In this document: positions 17,742 through 26,885 of the stretch, piece after piece
Numbering within the stretch: the stretch's first letter is position 1
How the letters are laid out: each line of letters starts with the position of its first letter
Source: a virus
Taxonomy: Duplodnaviria; Heunggongvirae; Uroviricota; Caudoviricetes
IMG/VR virus record: IMGVR_UViG_3300036768_001066
Strand: one strand, 5' to 3'
Length of the DNA stretch: 64,000 nucleotides
Notes under the pieces: model-generated
Told to the model about the DNA's origin: nothing
What the model saw: the letters and a program-made list of their open reading frames with translations, nothing else
The model's database searches: none
Position numbers and translations under genes: made by a program

Positions 17742-19109
17742 ATGAACATACAAGAAAGCAAAATACTGAACGGCCTGGTCATTGGGTTCGAGTTCGAGAT
17801 GTACACCAACAAGACGAGGAAGGAGCTCTCCAAGGAGCTCGGCGCCATCGTCAGGAAGAAGATTAAGGTCGGCGAGGTGTACCACTCCGAGACTCCGCTC
17901 GGCGATGGCGAATGGAAGGTCGAACCTGACTTCTCCGGCGGCGTCCGCATGAACGAGATCATCACAGAACCGATGCCGTACTACGAGGCAATATCTTGTT
18001 TGACCAAGGTGCTTGGGTGGATACGGGACAACGGGTGGACCGACGAGAAGTGCGCGCTGCACGTCAACATGTCGTTCGACGAGTTCAAGATAGACCTTAA
18101 GAACAAGCTGCAGTTCATAAACAAGCTCAAGTTCATACTCGGGTTCGACGAGCAGTTCATATACGACAGATTCCCGAAAAGGAAGAACTCGATGTACGCC
18201 AGGAGCATCAACCAGATACTGCCGGTAAACAAGTTCATTTTCAACGAGAACATCACACAGATACACAAAGAGAACTACAAGCTGCCGAGCGACAAGTACT
18301 ACGGCATCAATTTCTCCAAGCTCTCGAAGGGATACTTCGAGGTCAGGTACTGCGGCGGGCGAAGCTACGAGAAGAAAGCACACGACCTGCTCCAGATAAT
18401 AAATTATATCGGCACGTTCACGTATAACGTGCTACAGAACAACAACATCTATACTGATGCGGAACTGTCGAGGCTCAAGAGCGTCATAGTCGAGCACAAG
18501 AAGGTGGTATCCTCGTTCTCGGACATGGAGGCGTTCTTCTACAACTACCCGAACATAAAGCTGTTTGTGGACCTGAAGGGTGAGCCGCAAGTGATTAAGA
18601 CGTACTACCCGGTACTGAGGGAGAAGCTGTTCGATCTCATCGTCAACTGTGGCATGCGTAAGGGCATCCTAAACTACGACGCAGATGCCGGAAGGTATCA
18701 ACTCAAGGACGCCATAATACAGAAGGGATTCGACATAAAGGAACTTGAATTATTTGACTCCAAGCTACAGGGCAACATACTCGGGTGCGACCTGTACAGG
18801 TGCGTGATAACTAACGCGCACGTCGCAGACTCCAACCTGTACTCCGGCAATATCGTGTCGAAGTCAAAGATAATTAACACGCCATTCCACGCGTACAATG
18901 AAGCGCACAGTTGCTACATCGACAACAAGAAGCGAATAATAAACGGTAAGGTCGAGGGTGGTATCATAAGGTCCGGCGAGATAGGCCAGCTGGCAAAAAT
19001 ATCAAAGGAGACCGAGGTCATAGAGCAGGTGCTCAAGGCCGACAACAAAGACGACAAGGGAACGCCAAACACTCACGGCAAGACCGAGCTCGGCATAAAT
19101 AAACTATGA
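17742..19109 (+). CDS. putative amidoligase (Amidoligase_2 / GCS2-like)
   Basis: N-terminal VIGFEFEMYTN ... GEWKVEPDFSGGVRMNEIITEPMPY fits the amidoligase signature (G-x-E-x-E, then w.v.pD.S, then E.vt.P). The minus-strand ORF 17544..18383 opposite is a Leu/Val-rich shadow. Confidence 0.5.
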   Translation: MNIQESKILNGLVIGFEFEMYTNKTRKELSKELGAIVRKKIKVGEVYHSETPLGDGEWKVEPDFSGGVRMNEIITEPMPYYEAISCLTKVLGWIRDNGWTDEKCALHVNMSFDEFKIDLKNKLQFINKLKFILGFDEQFIYDRFPKRKNSMYARSINQILPVNKFIFNENITQIHKENYKLPSDKYYGINFSKLSKGYFEVRYCGGRSYEKKAHDLLQIINYIGTFTYNVLQNNNIYTDAELSRLKSVIVEHKKVVSSFSDMEAFFYNYPNIKLFVDLKGEPQVIKTYYPVLREKLFDLIVNCGMRKGILNYDADAGRYQLKDAIIQKGFDIKELELFDSKLQGNILGCDLYRCVITNAHVADSNLYSGNIVSKSKIINTPFHAYNEAHSCYIDNKKRIINGKVEGGIIRSGEIGQLAKISKETEVIEQVLKADNKDDKGTPNTHGKTELGINKL

Positions 19110-19177
19110 AACGATGGATAAAGGAACTTGACGACCCGAAATATATTGCCAAGCTAAAAAGAAAAGGTTATTAAAAA

Positions 19178-19909
19178 ATGACAGAGGCGCAACTAATTCA
19201 AGAAATAAACAACGAGCTCACCCTATCGTGCGCGCTCCCGTACTCGCTCAACGAGGCGGAAGTCAAGCGTATCATAAAGAGGGCCCGCGAGTATTTCTAC
19301 GATAACTACCAATATGCCGTCGAGGACAGGTTCATCCTGATACCAGAGGGCATATTCCAGCACGAGAGCTTCAAGACCAAGCGCGAGATAATACTTCCAG
19401 ACTGCGTCATGTCGGTGTACGATATGCGCGAAATCACCGGTCTCGGACTCGTGGGCCAGCCGGAAAGAGACTTCTCGGACTCAAAGCTCCTCGGAGCCGA
19501 GATATTCCTTTCACCATTCCAAGGTGACAACCTCGTTTACAGGACGGCGATGTACAGCTACTTCGACCTCGCAAGGGCTTACCTTCTCGAGACCATAGCA
19601 TACAGCTTCAACAAGAACACGAAGAGAATAACTGTTATGGGCCGCAACCCGTTCAGGAGCGCAGTAATACGCACGATGGTGAAGATACCAGAAGAGAATC
19701 TTTATGACGACGAGCTGTTCGTTCGCTACTGCCTGGCGATGGCCAAGATAAACCTCGGACGCACGTTATCCATATTCAACTACAACCTGCCAGGCGGTGT
19801 ACAGATAAACTTCGACGGCATCAAACAGGACGGCAAAGAGGAGCTCGAGAAAATTCTGGCACAGATAGACAGCGAGAACTCTCCTGCATGGTTTTTACTG
19901 TGGAGTTGA
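19178..19909 (+). CDS. hypothetical protein
   Basis: 243-aa ORF. Confidence 0.55.
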   Translation: MTEAQLIQEINNELTLSCALPYSLNEAEVKRIIKRAREYFYDNYQYAVEDRFILIPEGIFQHESFKTKREIILPDCVMSVYDMREITGLGLVGQPERDFSDSKLLGAEIFLSPFQGDNLVYRTAMYSYFDLARAYLLETIAYSFNKNTKRITVMGRNPFRSAVIRTMVKIPEENLYDDELFVRYCLAMAKINLGRTLSIFNYNLPGGVQINFDGIKQDGKEELEKILAQIDSENSPAWFLLWS

Positions 19910-19981
19910 AAAATTAAGAGATATATAGATAAACAAACTTATCAGTGGAGATCCAAGACAGGCAAGGCCTTTGGCTCAATC

Positions 19982-21131
19982 ATGCAGTGTATATCGAAGA
20001 ACCCTGAACATGTGGCGGAGCTGCGAGAACTGACCCGGTTTCTCGACGAGATGTATGCACCAGCAGAAAATATTTCCATACAACAGCGGTTCTACCACGT
20101 GTGGTTTTCCAGCTATGAGATTGAGGTTTGTCCATATTGTTCGGCCCCGCGAGAGTTTTCAAAGATGAGAAAATTCTCCATCGATCGGTATGGCATCAAG
20201 CCAACAAATGCAGTTAACTATTACGCTACATGTACTGCTATAGAATGCAAGAAGAAGTATAACTTAGATAAGACGCAGGAAGCAGTGAAAGCTAAGTATG
20301 GAGTCGACAATTATTTTGAGACCAAAGAATGCAAAGAAAAGGTCATAGCGACAAACCGCGAGCGGTACGGTTGTGATCACCAGACGCAATCTCAGAACTT
20401 CAAGGATAAAGTCAAAGTTAACTTATATCAAAAAGTACGGAGTCGAGCACCACACGCAATCCGACCAGTCAAAGAAGAGGAAGATCGATACGGTCCGTGC
20501 CAAGTACGGTGTAGACCATGTGCTACAAAACAAGTCCGTAATGAAGAAGTTACAAAATACAAACAAGGAGAGGTACGGAGGCGCGTCATCGATGTGTTCG
20601 GATGTGGTGAAAGAAAAGGCTCGCAACACAAACAGGTCAAAGCACGGTGCAGACTGGTACACACAGTCCAAGGATTTCAGGGCCAAGTTCAGGGAGACGA
20701 TGGTGGAGCGGTATGGCGTAGAGCACATCATGCAGCACGCTCCGTCGTTTGATGCTAACAAGTCAGCACAGTTCAAGAAGAAATTATACATGTTCCCGTC
20801 TGGTAGGCTCGAGAAGATCCAAGGGTACGAAGGGTTTGCTATCAACGACCTGCTTAACATGGGGTATGTGGAGGACGACATAGTGGTGTCGAACGCAGAG
20901 ATAGAGAAGCACACGGGGCGCATCTGGTATGTCGATTCTGTAGGAATTAAACGCAAGTACTACCCCGATATTTATATAATATCTGAGAATAGAATAGTGG
21001 AGGTTAAGTGCGACTATACATTAAAAACAAACCTTCCATTGAACTTATTAAAAAAACAAGCAGCAGAAGCACTTGGTATTAAGTTCGAGTTTTGGATATA
21101 TAACGGTAAGGGTGTTAAAACTATAAAGTAG
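19982..21131 (+). CDS. putative nuclease: N-terminal CxxC zinc ribbon, tandem about 30-aa (K/R)YGV(D/E)H..Q repeats, C-terminal PD-(D/E)xK-like motif; interrupted by a +1 frameshift near 20400-20420
   Basis: Frame A (19982..20752) reads CPYCSAP..., KAKYGVDNY..., RERYGCDHQTQSQNFKDKVK, then junk. Frame B (20373..21131) resumes the repeat in phase: LTYIKKYGVEHHTQS...RAKYGVDHV...KERYGG...VERYGVEH... C-terminal ...YYPDIYIISENRIVEVKCD fits a PD...E.K nuclease core. Confidence 0.5.
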
Positions 21132-21186
21132 ATATTTTGTTGATGGACGACTATGAAGCGGGGCATGGTTGGAGTGGCAATCTAAT

Positions 21187-21480
21187 ATGAAACATCTAAA
21201 ACTATACGAAAGTTTCAATGAGAAACCAATCATGGTGTTCGATCGTACTCTGTACAGAGAACCGACTGAAGAGGAGCTTAGCGCGTTTGAGGACCATCCG
21301 AGTATTTCCAAGGAGGATGTCCTGAGCAATTTTCATTACATCTCGGTAGGCAAGGGCATATTCACCAAGGACAAGAAGGACCAGATAGTATCATGGATAG
21401 GCAAGCTCTGCAGACTATACCCCGACAATAATACGTACAAGGAGGCATTGGAACTTGCAAAGACAGAAACTACAAGATAA
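21187..21480 (+). CDS. small protein with the shared N-terminal leader (MKHLKLYESFNEK)
   Basis: ATG at 21187 in frame with track ORF 21169..21480. Confidence 0.55.
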   Translation: MKHLKLYESFNEKPIMVFDRTLYREPTEEELSAFEDHPSISKEDVLSNFHYISVGKGIFTKDKKDQIVSWIGKLCRLYPDNNTYKEALELAKTETTR

Positions 21481-22112
21481 TGGGGGGATATGCGATACAA
21501 GGTGTTAGAAAGATAACTGGTGACGAGGCACGCCAGACACTCTCTCCATTAAAGAGGTTCCTCGATCACTCGAAGGTCGAGACGGTCATGCTAATAGGAT
21601 CAGCGTGGCACCGGGAGGAGGGACTGTCCGGCGACCTGGATCTTGGTGTGAGAGTCGATCCGAAGCAGGACTTTACATGGGTCATGAGCGCCAAGCTTGG
21701 CAAGACCGTCCAGGGCAAGGCGATGCCGGGAATATCAGTGTACAGCTTCGGATTCCCGATATGTGGCAAGGCGATCAACGGGATGGTGCAGGTAGACCTC
21801 ATACCGGTGTACTACCCAGAATGGTCCAAATTCGTGTACGCGAAGGTGACCGGCAAGGCGAAGAGCGCACACAGGAACTGGTTGCTGTGTGCGCTCGCCA
21901 AGAGCAGGGGCGTCAAGTTCGACCTCAACAAGGGCGCAATGAAGGCGGAGAGCGTATGGTCGTCGTCGGTTGAGATAACGTCGGATCCCGACGAGTTCCT
22001 CAAGTGGCTCGGGATAACCAGGGCGGATGCGGACAGCTACGAGACCCTTTCTCAGGTAGTCCCGCAAGAGGTGCTGTATGAAGCCAACGAGAAATTGGCC
22101 GCGGTCAAGTGA
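21480..22112 (+). CDS. nucleotidyltransferase-fold protein (Pol-beta superfamily minimal NTase)
   Basis: IGSAWHREEGLSGDLDLGVRV matches hG[GS]-x9-13-D-h-[DE]-h. Start overlaps the upstream stop (TAATG). Confidence 0.5.
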   Translation: MGGYAIQGVRKITGDEARQTLSPLKRFLDHSKVETVMLIGSAWHREEGLSGDLDLGVRVDPKQDFTWVMSAKLGKTVQGKAMPGISVYSFGFPICGKAINGMVQVDLIPVYYPEWSKFVYAKVTGKAKSAHRNWLLCALAKSRGVKFDLNKGAMKAESVWSSSVEITSDPDEFLKWLGITRADADSYETLSQVVPQEVLYEANEKLAAVK

Positions 22113-22121
22113 TATATAAAG
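22111..22121 (+). promoter_or_regulatory. GATATATAAAG motif instance
   Basis: 18 nt upstream of ATG 22139. Confidence 0.4.
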
Positions 22122-22138
22122 AAACCAACCGAAAATAA

Positions 22139-22489
22139 ATGGAAAAGAAAGAATTCGACAGACTCCGTTTCGTCACACAGATGAACGAGATGATGCACAT
22201 CATCAAGACCAATCCGCTCAAGTCGCAACAGGATGCAGCCAGGATTGCGCTCCAGGCGATACAGGAGCAGTACAAGGAGAGGTTCGGCGAGTACTCGCAG
22301 AACCACATTGTTGCCGAAGGAATTGTGAAGGACGATGCTCCGGAGCTCGATGCCATAGTGGAAGAAATTGGCAAGATCGTGGAGACCGAGATAAACTCGA
22401 GGGTCGGCAAGGTCGGCAAGAGCGAGGTTAAGTACAAGGCGCAGTACGTCCTCGAAGAATTGATAAAGCTACTGCAGGCATCGGTCTAA
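22139..22489 (+). CDS. hypothetical protein
   Basis: 116-aa ORF. Confidence 0.5.
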   Translation: MEKKEFDRLRFVTQMNEMMHIIKTNPLKSQQDAARIALQAIQEQYKERFGEYSQNHIVAEGIVKDDAPELDAIVEEIGKIVETEINSRVGKVGKSEVKYKAQYVLEELIKLLQASV

Positions 22490-22923
22490 TGAAGTACATC
22501 AAGGACATAAACGAATCGATACAGCTCAATGGGAGCGGACCCACCAATATTACCGTGGCCGTTCGCAGACGTTCTCCGCAGAATCCACTCGGGCTGAATA
22601 ATTATTATATGATGTCCGGGCAGTTGGAACCGATACGAGACGACTACTACCAGACAGTGAGGGACGCTTGTTTCAACATTGGTATGGACTTCTTGTCAAT
22701 ATCTGAGAAGAACTTCACCATGCTCGACAGGCTAAAGGAGGTCATCGACAAGGTTGTCAACGAGAGGCAGGACGAGTTCGACCTGATAGTCTTCAACTGC
22801 AAGAACAGGAACTTCAGGACGCAGTATTGCGCCGAGACCGTGTTCCACACTATAGTTCAGGGCAGGTTAAATGCGCTCGCAGAGAGGCCGTTTGCAATGG
22901 GTGGACTCCAGCCACAACAATAA
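22489..22923 (+). CDS. hypothetical protein with the leader-like N-terminus (MKYIKDINESIQ)
   Basis: Start overlaps the previous stop (TAATG). First 8 codons are nearly identical at DNA level to the SprT-like gene start. Confidence 0.55.
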   Translation: MKYIKDINESIQLNGSGPTNITVAVRRRSPQNPLGLNNYYMMSGQLEPIRDDYYQTVRDACFNIGMDFLSISEKNFTMLDRLKEVIDKVVNERQDEFDLIVFNCKNRNFRTQYCAETVFHTIVQGRLNALAERPFAMGGLQPQQ

Positions 22924-23043
22924 ATGAGACACATCAAGATATTGGACCAAGGCTGTTAACCGAATCCGAACATGATGGCATAAAATATCATGTGGATAAG
23001 GGCGACGGTGTGCTAAACGTACGCATTTGGAAATCCAAATAAC

Positions 23044-23496
23044 TTACTGGTTATGCTTATTTAAGCGGTTCATCTCTCTATCCGCCTCGCGGTTCTTTAT
23101 CGTCTCGCGCTTGTCGTGGAGCTTCTTGCCCTTGGCAACGGCTATACCGAGCTTGCAGATTCCCCTCTGGTTGAGGTACATCGACTTCACCACCACGGTA
23201 GTGCCCTTTATGAGCTTGCCGGCAATCCTCTTTATTTCGGTCTTGTTCAGCAGTAACTTCCTAACTCTCAATGGGTCGTGGTTGTCCGCGGCATCCTGGA
23301 GCGGGTCCACCCGCATCCCCTTGATGAACACCTCGCCCCCGTCTATGTAGGCGTACGCCTCGTTTATGCTCGCGTGGCCCTGGCGTATAGACTTGATTTC
23401 CGTGCCCACCAGCATGATGCCGGCCTCGTACTCCTCTATGAATTCGTACTCGAACTTCGCCTTGCGGTTCTCGAATCGTATGTTGTTGTCTGCCAT
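23044..23496 (-). CDS. smpB: SsrA-binding protein SmpB
   Basis: Full-length alignment by eye to bacterial SmpB (FENRKAKFEYEFIEEYEAGIMLVGTEIKSIRQGHASINEAYAYI...). The C-terminal tail KKLHDKRETIKNREADREMNRL is the canonical SmpB tail. It is a lone minus-strand gene in a plus-strand block. Confidence 0.88.
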   Translation of the reverse strand: MADNNIRFENRKAKFEYEFIEEYEAGIMLVGTEIKSIRQGHASINEAYAYIDGGEVFIKGMRVDPLQDAADNHDPLRVRKLLLNKTEIKRIAGKLIKGTTVVVKSMYLNQRGICKLGIAVAKGKKLHDKRETIKNREADREMNRLNKHNQ

Positions 23497-23524
23497 AATT
23501 GGTACGAAGATAATAAAAATCTGT

Positions 23525-23538
23525 GATATATAAAAAAA
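23525..23538 (+). promoter_or_regulatory. GATATATAAAAAAAC motif instance
   Basis: 15 nt upstream of ATG 23553. The palindromic ATATATA core may also serve the divergent smpB. Confidence 0.4.
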
Positions 23539-23552
23539 CTACTTCCGACAGG

Positions 23553-23870
23553 ATGAAAAGACTTAAGACATTCGAGAGCTTCATCGTGGAGAACTTCGCC
23601 GATCCATACCCGGAAAAGACGGGCGGATCAGGCAACACGTACTATCTGTATATGTTCGACAGCAGCACCGAGGGGTTCTCCGGCGAGGTCAGGGACGGCG
23701 ACGGCAAGTGTGTGTTCACGATAACACCCAAGATACTCGAGGACGGCGGAATGTCCACACCCGACGACGTCACCGGACTCAGGAAGTACCTGATAGAGAA
23801 GAAAAAGAAGCTGTCGGAGACGGACGTTATCGAGATAGCGCAATCAGCCCCGGTACAAACAACCGACTAA
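23553..23870 (+). CDS. small protein with the shared N-terminal leader (MKRLKTFESFIVEN)
   Basis: ATG at 23553 in frame with track ORF 23523..23870. Confidence 0.55.
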   Translation: MKRLKTFESFIVENFADPYPEKTGGSGNTYYLYMFDSSTEGFSGEVRDGDGKCVFTITPKILEDGGMSTPDDVTGLRKYLIEKKKKLSETDVIEIAQSAPVQTTD

Positions 23871-23873
23871 ATA

Positions 23874-24296
23874 ATGGACAAGATGAACAAAAAGGTTATG
23901 AGATTCAACGAGTGGCTCGACGAGAACGAACTCGTCGACCAGGGCCTCGCGGGCGCGGGCGGCGAACAAACGCAGACGGCCGAAATCCCGGGTGCCGAAG
24001 CCGTAGCTGCTGCAGCACCGCGGGAGGAAATACCAGGTGGACTCGCATCGGGCAAGACCGCTGCCGACGTGGCGTCAAAGCACAACGTCTCTGTGGAGGA
24101 GGTAAACGTCCAGCTCGAAAGGGGCAAGAAGGTTGAGCTCGAGCACACAGACGACGAGAAGGTCGCGTGCGAGATAGCGCTCGACCACCTGATGGAAGAT
24201 CCTAAGTACTACGACAAGCTCGCGGCCATCGAGGATGAGCCAAAGGAACCAGCTGACGAGATCAAGGGCAAGAAAGCCGAAAATACAGAGGAGTAA
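23874..24296 (+). CDS. acidic hypothetical protein (C-terminal ...EHTDDEKVACEIALDHLMEDPKYY)
   Basis: 140-aa ORF. Possible internal start at MRFNEWLDENE, which has a weak resemblance to the leader. Confidence 0.5.
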   Translation: MDKMNKKVMRFNEWLDENELVDQGLAGAGGEQTQTAEIPGAEAVAAAAPREEIPGGLASGKTAADVASKHNVSVEEVNVQLERGKKVELEHTDDEKVACEIALDHLMEDPKYYDKLAAIEDEPKEPADEIKGKKAENTEE

Positions 24297-24472
24297 CATT
24301 ATTACATGGATTATCTAAAGGCATATAACAATCTTATCGAGACTCGGGAGAACAGAATTCTTATGGATGATGTTTACTATGAGTCTCACCATATTGTTAT
24401 GCGCTCAATGAGTGGCTCAGATGATCAAGATAACTTAGTTGCTCGAAAGTGGAAAAATAATATATCAGTATA

Positions 24473-24835
24473 ATGAGGGATCTTTACATGAGGGATCCTG
24501 CCACGGATCCGAATTACAAAGAAGGCATCCTCGAAATAAGTGACGAAATGGAGGCCTTGATCGCGGAAATTAAAATGATGTTGTATACCAACCGCGGTGA
24601 GGTGCTCGGCGCGCCTGACTTTGGCGCCAACCTCGAGGAGATGCTCTTCACCTTCGGTCTGAACGAGTACTCGCTGAGGCAAATGCTGAGGGACCAGACA
24701 CTCAAGTTCATACCGAGGTCCGTAAACTACAGCGTCGACTTCGACGTAAAGTTCGCAAGGGGCACGGTCAGGGACATGTGCCTGATAGACATATACATAA
24801 ACAACAGGCCGGCGTTCGGCGTGCTGATAAAATAA
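24473..24835 (+). CDS. baseplate wedge protein, gp25 / GPW-like
   Basis: MMLYTNRGEVLGAPDFGANLEEMLFTF matches the gp25/GPW core (i..iL.T..GER...P.FG..l..llF). Size 120 aa is typical. Confidence 0.6.
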   Translation: MRDLYMRDPATDPNYKEGILEISDEMEALIAEIKMMLYTNRGEVLGAPDFGANLEEMLFTFGLNEYSLRQMLRDQTLKFIPRSVNYSVDFDVKFARGTVRDMCLIDIYINNRPAFGVLIK

Positions 24836-24856
24836 TCCAGCGCAACTTACAAATAA

Positions 24857-25792
24857 ATGAAGAAACTGAAGGACATATCAGAATTCGGGGGGCCTGGTGA
24901 GACCGCGCTCGACGCTGCTTTGAAAGCACCGAACGGCAAGAAGTCCTCCCTGCCCGCGAATTTGCACGCGATGGTCCGTACGCCGGAGTTCAAGACCTGG
25001 TTCGGTGACTGGGAGAACGACCCGGAGAACTCGAGCAAGGTTGTGGACAAGAACGGCGAGCCCATGGTCGTGTACCACGGAACTCCGTCATTTGGATTCA
25101 AGGAGTTCATGAATGACTACAAGATGGCAAGGGCGACTGACAACGAGACGAACGACCTCGGCATCTGGTTCACGAACGACCTGCGCGTGGCAAAGGAATT
25201 CATGTTCAATTCGTCTAAGGGTGGCATCTACGAGGTGTTCCTAAACATGAGGAACCCCAAGGTATTCAAGCCGGCTCTGTTCAACCAATCAGAGATAGAC
25301 GCACTGGAGCAGACAATACACGACTTGAACGTGGACAAGGTCTCACTCGGCTGGTCAGTCAACGATATGACGCCAGACAAGCGCGAGAAGTTCTACAAGA
25401 TAGAGAGGCAGATGAAGGACCTGCACGACCAGATCAGGCTGCTGAAGCACACGGATTCATTCGAGCAGTTCATGAACTACAGGGACAAATACACAGAATA
25501 CATAAACGGTCAGAAGGGGAAGCCTGGCGCATGGCTCGAGAGGTACATCAACACTAACAAGAAGGAGGCAAACCTTAAGCTATTGAAGGAGCTGACCGAC
25601 AGCCAGCACGACGGTTTTGCCATAGTAGATACCCGGTACGACGCACCGAGTAAGAACTCCAGGGTGAGCCAGTACTGCGTATTCGACTCGAAGAACATAA
25701 AGAGCGTCGACAACAACGGCAGGTTCGACCCGGGGACGAGTAATATATACGAGGGAATTCACATAAAAAGCATAGACAGCTTCGATATATAA
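24857..25792 (+). CDS. ADP-ribosyltransferase-fold protein, H-Y-E (PARP/Tpt1-KptA-like) type, paralog A; carries the leader (MKKLKDISEFGG)
   Basis: VVYHGTPSFGFKEF (H-G-T motif, compare KptA LYHGT and PARP HGS) followed by DLGIWFTNDLRVAKEF (compare PARP GKGIYFAD) and a GGIYEVF candidate catalytic Glu. Shares this core with 31351..32211 and 35536..36165. Confidence 0.5.
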   Translation: MKKLKDISEFGGPGETALDAALKAPNGKKSSLPANLHAMVRTPEFKTWFGDWENDPENSSKVVDKNGEPMVVYHGTPSFGFKEFMNDYKMARATDNETNDLGIWFTNDLRVAKEFMFNSSKGGIYEVFLNMRNPKVFKPALFNQSEIDALEQTIHDLNVDKVSLGWSVNDMTPDKREKFYKIERQMKDLHDQIRLLKHTDSFEQFMNYRDKYTEYINGQKGKPGAWLERYINTNKKEANLKLLKELTDSQHDGFAIVDTRYDAPSKNSRVSQYCVFDSKNIKSVDNNGRFDPGTSNIYEGIHIKSIDSFDI

Positions 25793-25812
25793 ATCAAACA
25801 AACCCGTTCAAT

Positions 25813-26313
25813 ATGGATAACAACAACGTAAAAAAGAGAAAGACCATGTCCTTCGAGGAGTTCCTCAAGAACAAGGTAAAGATTGAGAAGGGCGACCAGG
25901 TTGTGGACGATCACTACTCAAACACGCTTGACGAGCCTAAGAAGATAAAGATCGTCAAGGAAAGCAAAGGCTGGAAGGAAGTGGCCGGACCTAACGTTGG
26001 CTCATTTTACAAGACCCAGGAAGAGCTCAACCAGTACAAGACCAAGATGATCGGTGAGGGATACGAGATGGACCTCGACGTTGGTGACATCGCGGAGGAG
26101 CACGCTAAGGCAATCATAGCCGAGGCGTTCGAGATGTCAAAGGCCAGCGACAGGGATGGGGGAATAAATGGAACGATATTGCAGGAGGCGTTCGACAAGA
26201 TCTGCACCGACAACGGCATCGATGACATGGAGGACGATCGTCGCGAGATGATAGTTGATGCAATCCAGTCCATCCTCAAAGAACTATCAGGACAAGCAAC
26301 AAGGCTCAAGTAA
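25813..26313 (+). CDS. acidic hypothetical protein
   Basis: 166-aa ORF. Possible internal start MSFEEFLKNK, a weak leader resemblance. Confidence 0.5.
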   Translation: MDNNNVKKRKTMSFEEFLKNKVKIEKGDQVVDDHYSNTLDEPKKIKIVKESKGWKEVAGPNVGSFYKTQEELNQYKTKMIGEGYEMDLDVGDIAEEHAKAIIAEAFEMSKASDRDGGINGTILQEAFDKICTDNGIDDMEDDRREMIVDAIQSILKELSGQATRLK

Positions 26314-26685
26314 ATGCGCAAGATCAAGGACATATCCGATTTCGAACTGAACGAGTCGCTTATATCCAGGTTCATCACTGTCGATCCGCAGGACATCAAG
26401 TTCGTGGAAGATGCTAAGGTGGCAGACTTTGGGGACAAGGATACGCCGGTCAGGAAGGCCATACTCAATGCTGCGTATTCGCTTTACTCGCACTTCGACA
26501 AGGAGCGCGATAAGTCTAAGTTCATCCAGAAGGTGCTCGGCATGGACCAGGAGGGCAAGGGGAAGGTTCTGAACTCTACCAAAGCGTACGTCGCGAGCCT
26601 CAAGAAGATCCAGAAGATCGAGACCGACGAGATAAGCCCGAACCAGGAGGGACTCGACGCGGTCCTCGAACAAAAACCAGAATAA
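26314..26685 (+). CDS. small protein with the shared N-terminal leader (MRKIKDISDFELNE)
   Basis: Start overlaps the previous stop (TAAATG). Confidence 0.55.
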   Translation: MRKIKDISDFELNESLISRFITVDPQDIKFVEDAKVADFGDKDTPVRKAILNAAYSLYSHFDKERDKSKFIQKVLGMDQEGKGKVLNSTKAYVASLKKIQKIETDEISPNQEGLDAVLEQKPE

Positions 26686-26815
26686 CAATGAAACACACCT
26701 GAGGGGCATAGTCGCGGCAGCAAAGGCCGTGGTAGATTACGTGGAAGCCAAGAAGGGCGAGTACACAAAAAACGACACCGCAGATAGCCGCTAAATAAGA
26801 GTAAATTTTGAAGTT

Positions 26816-26850
26816 AAAAAGCCCGCCCATTTAAACGGCGGGCTTTTTTA
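26816..26850 (+). terminator. rho-independent terminator (gcccgcc-catttaaac-ggcgggc plus T6)
   Basis: GC-rich 7-bp stem with flanking A and T runs; may act in both directions. Confidence 0.75.
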
Positions 26851-26855
26851 TTAGT

Positions 26856-26865
26856 GATATATAAG
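26856..26865 (+). promoter_or_regulatory. GATATATAAG motif instance
   Basis: Directly after the terminator, 20 nt upstream of ATG 26886. Confidence 0.45.
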
Positions 26866-26885
26866 AAAATAGAACCGCATTTAGG

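Noticed and set aside
17544-18383. 279-aa minus-strand ORF opposite the amidoligase-like gene. Similar long antisense ORFs occur at 12727..13710, 4132..4797, 20423..20956, 14015..14521, 35521..36141, 48790..49455 and 52936..53436.
   Set aside because: All are Leu/Val/Arg-rich shadows of strongly codon-biased plus-strand genes (gag/aag/ctc/gac third positions). They lack plausible starts and overlap better-supported genes completely.
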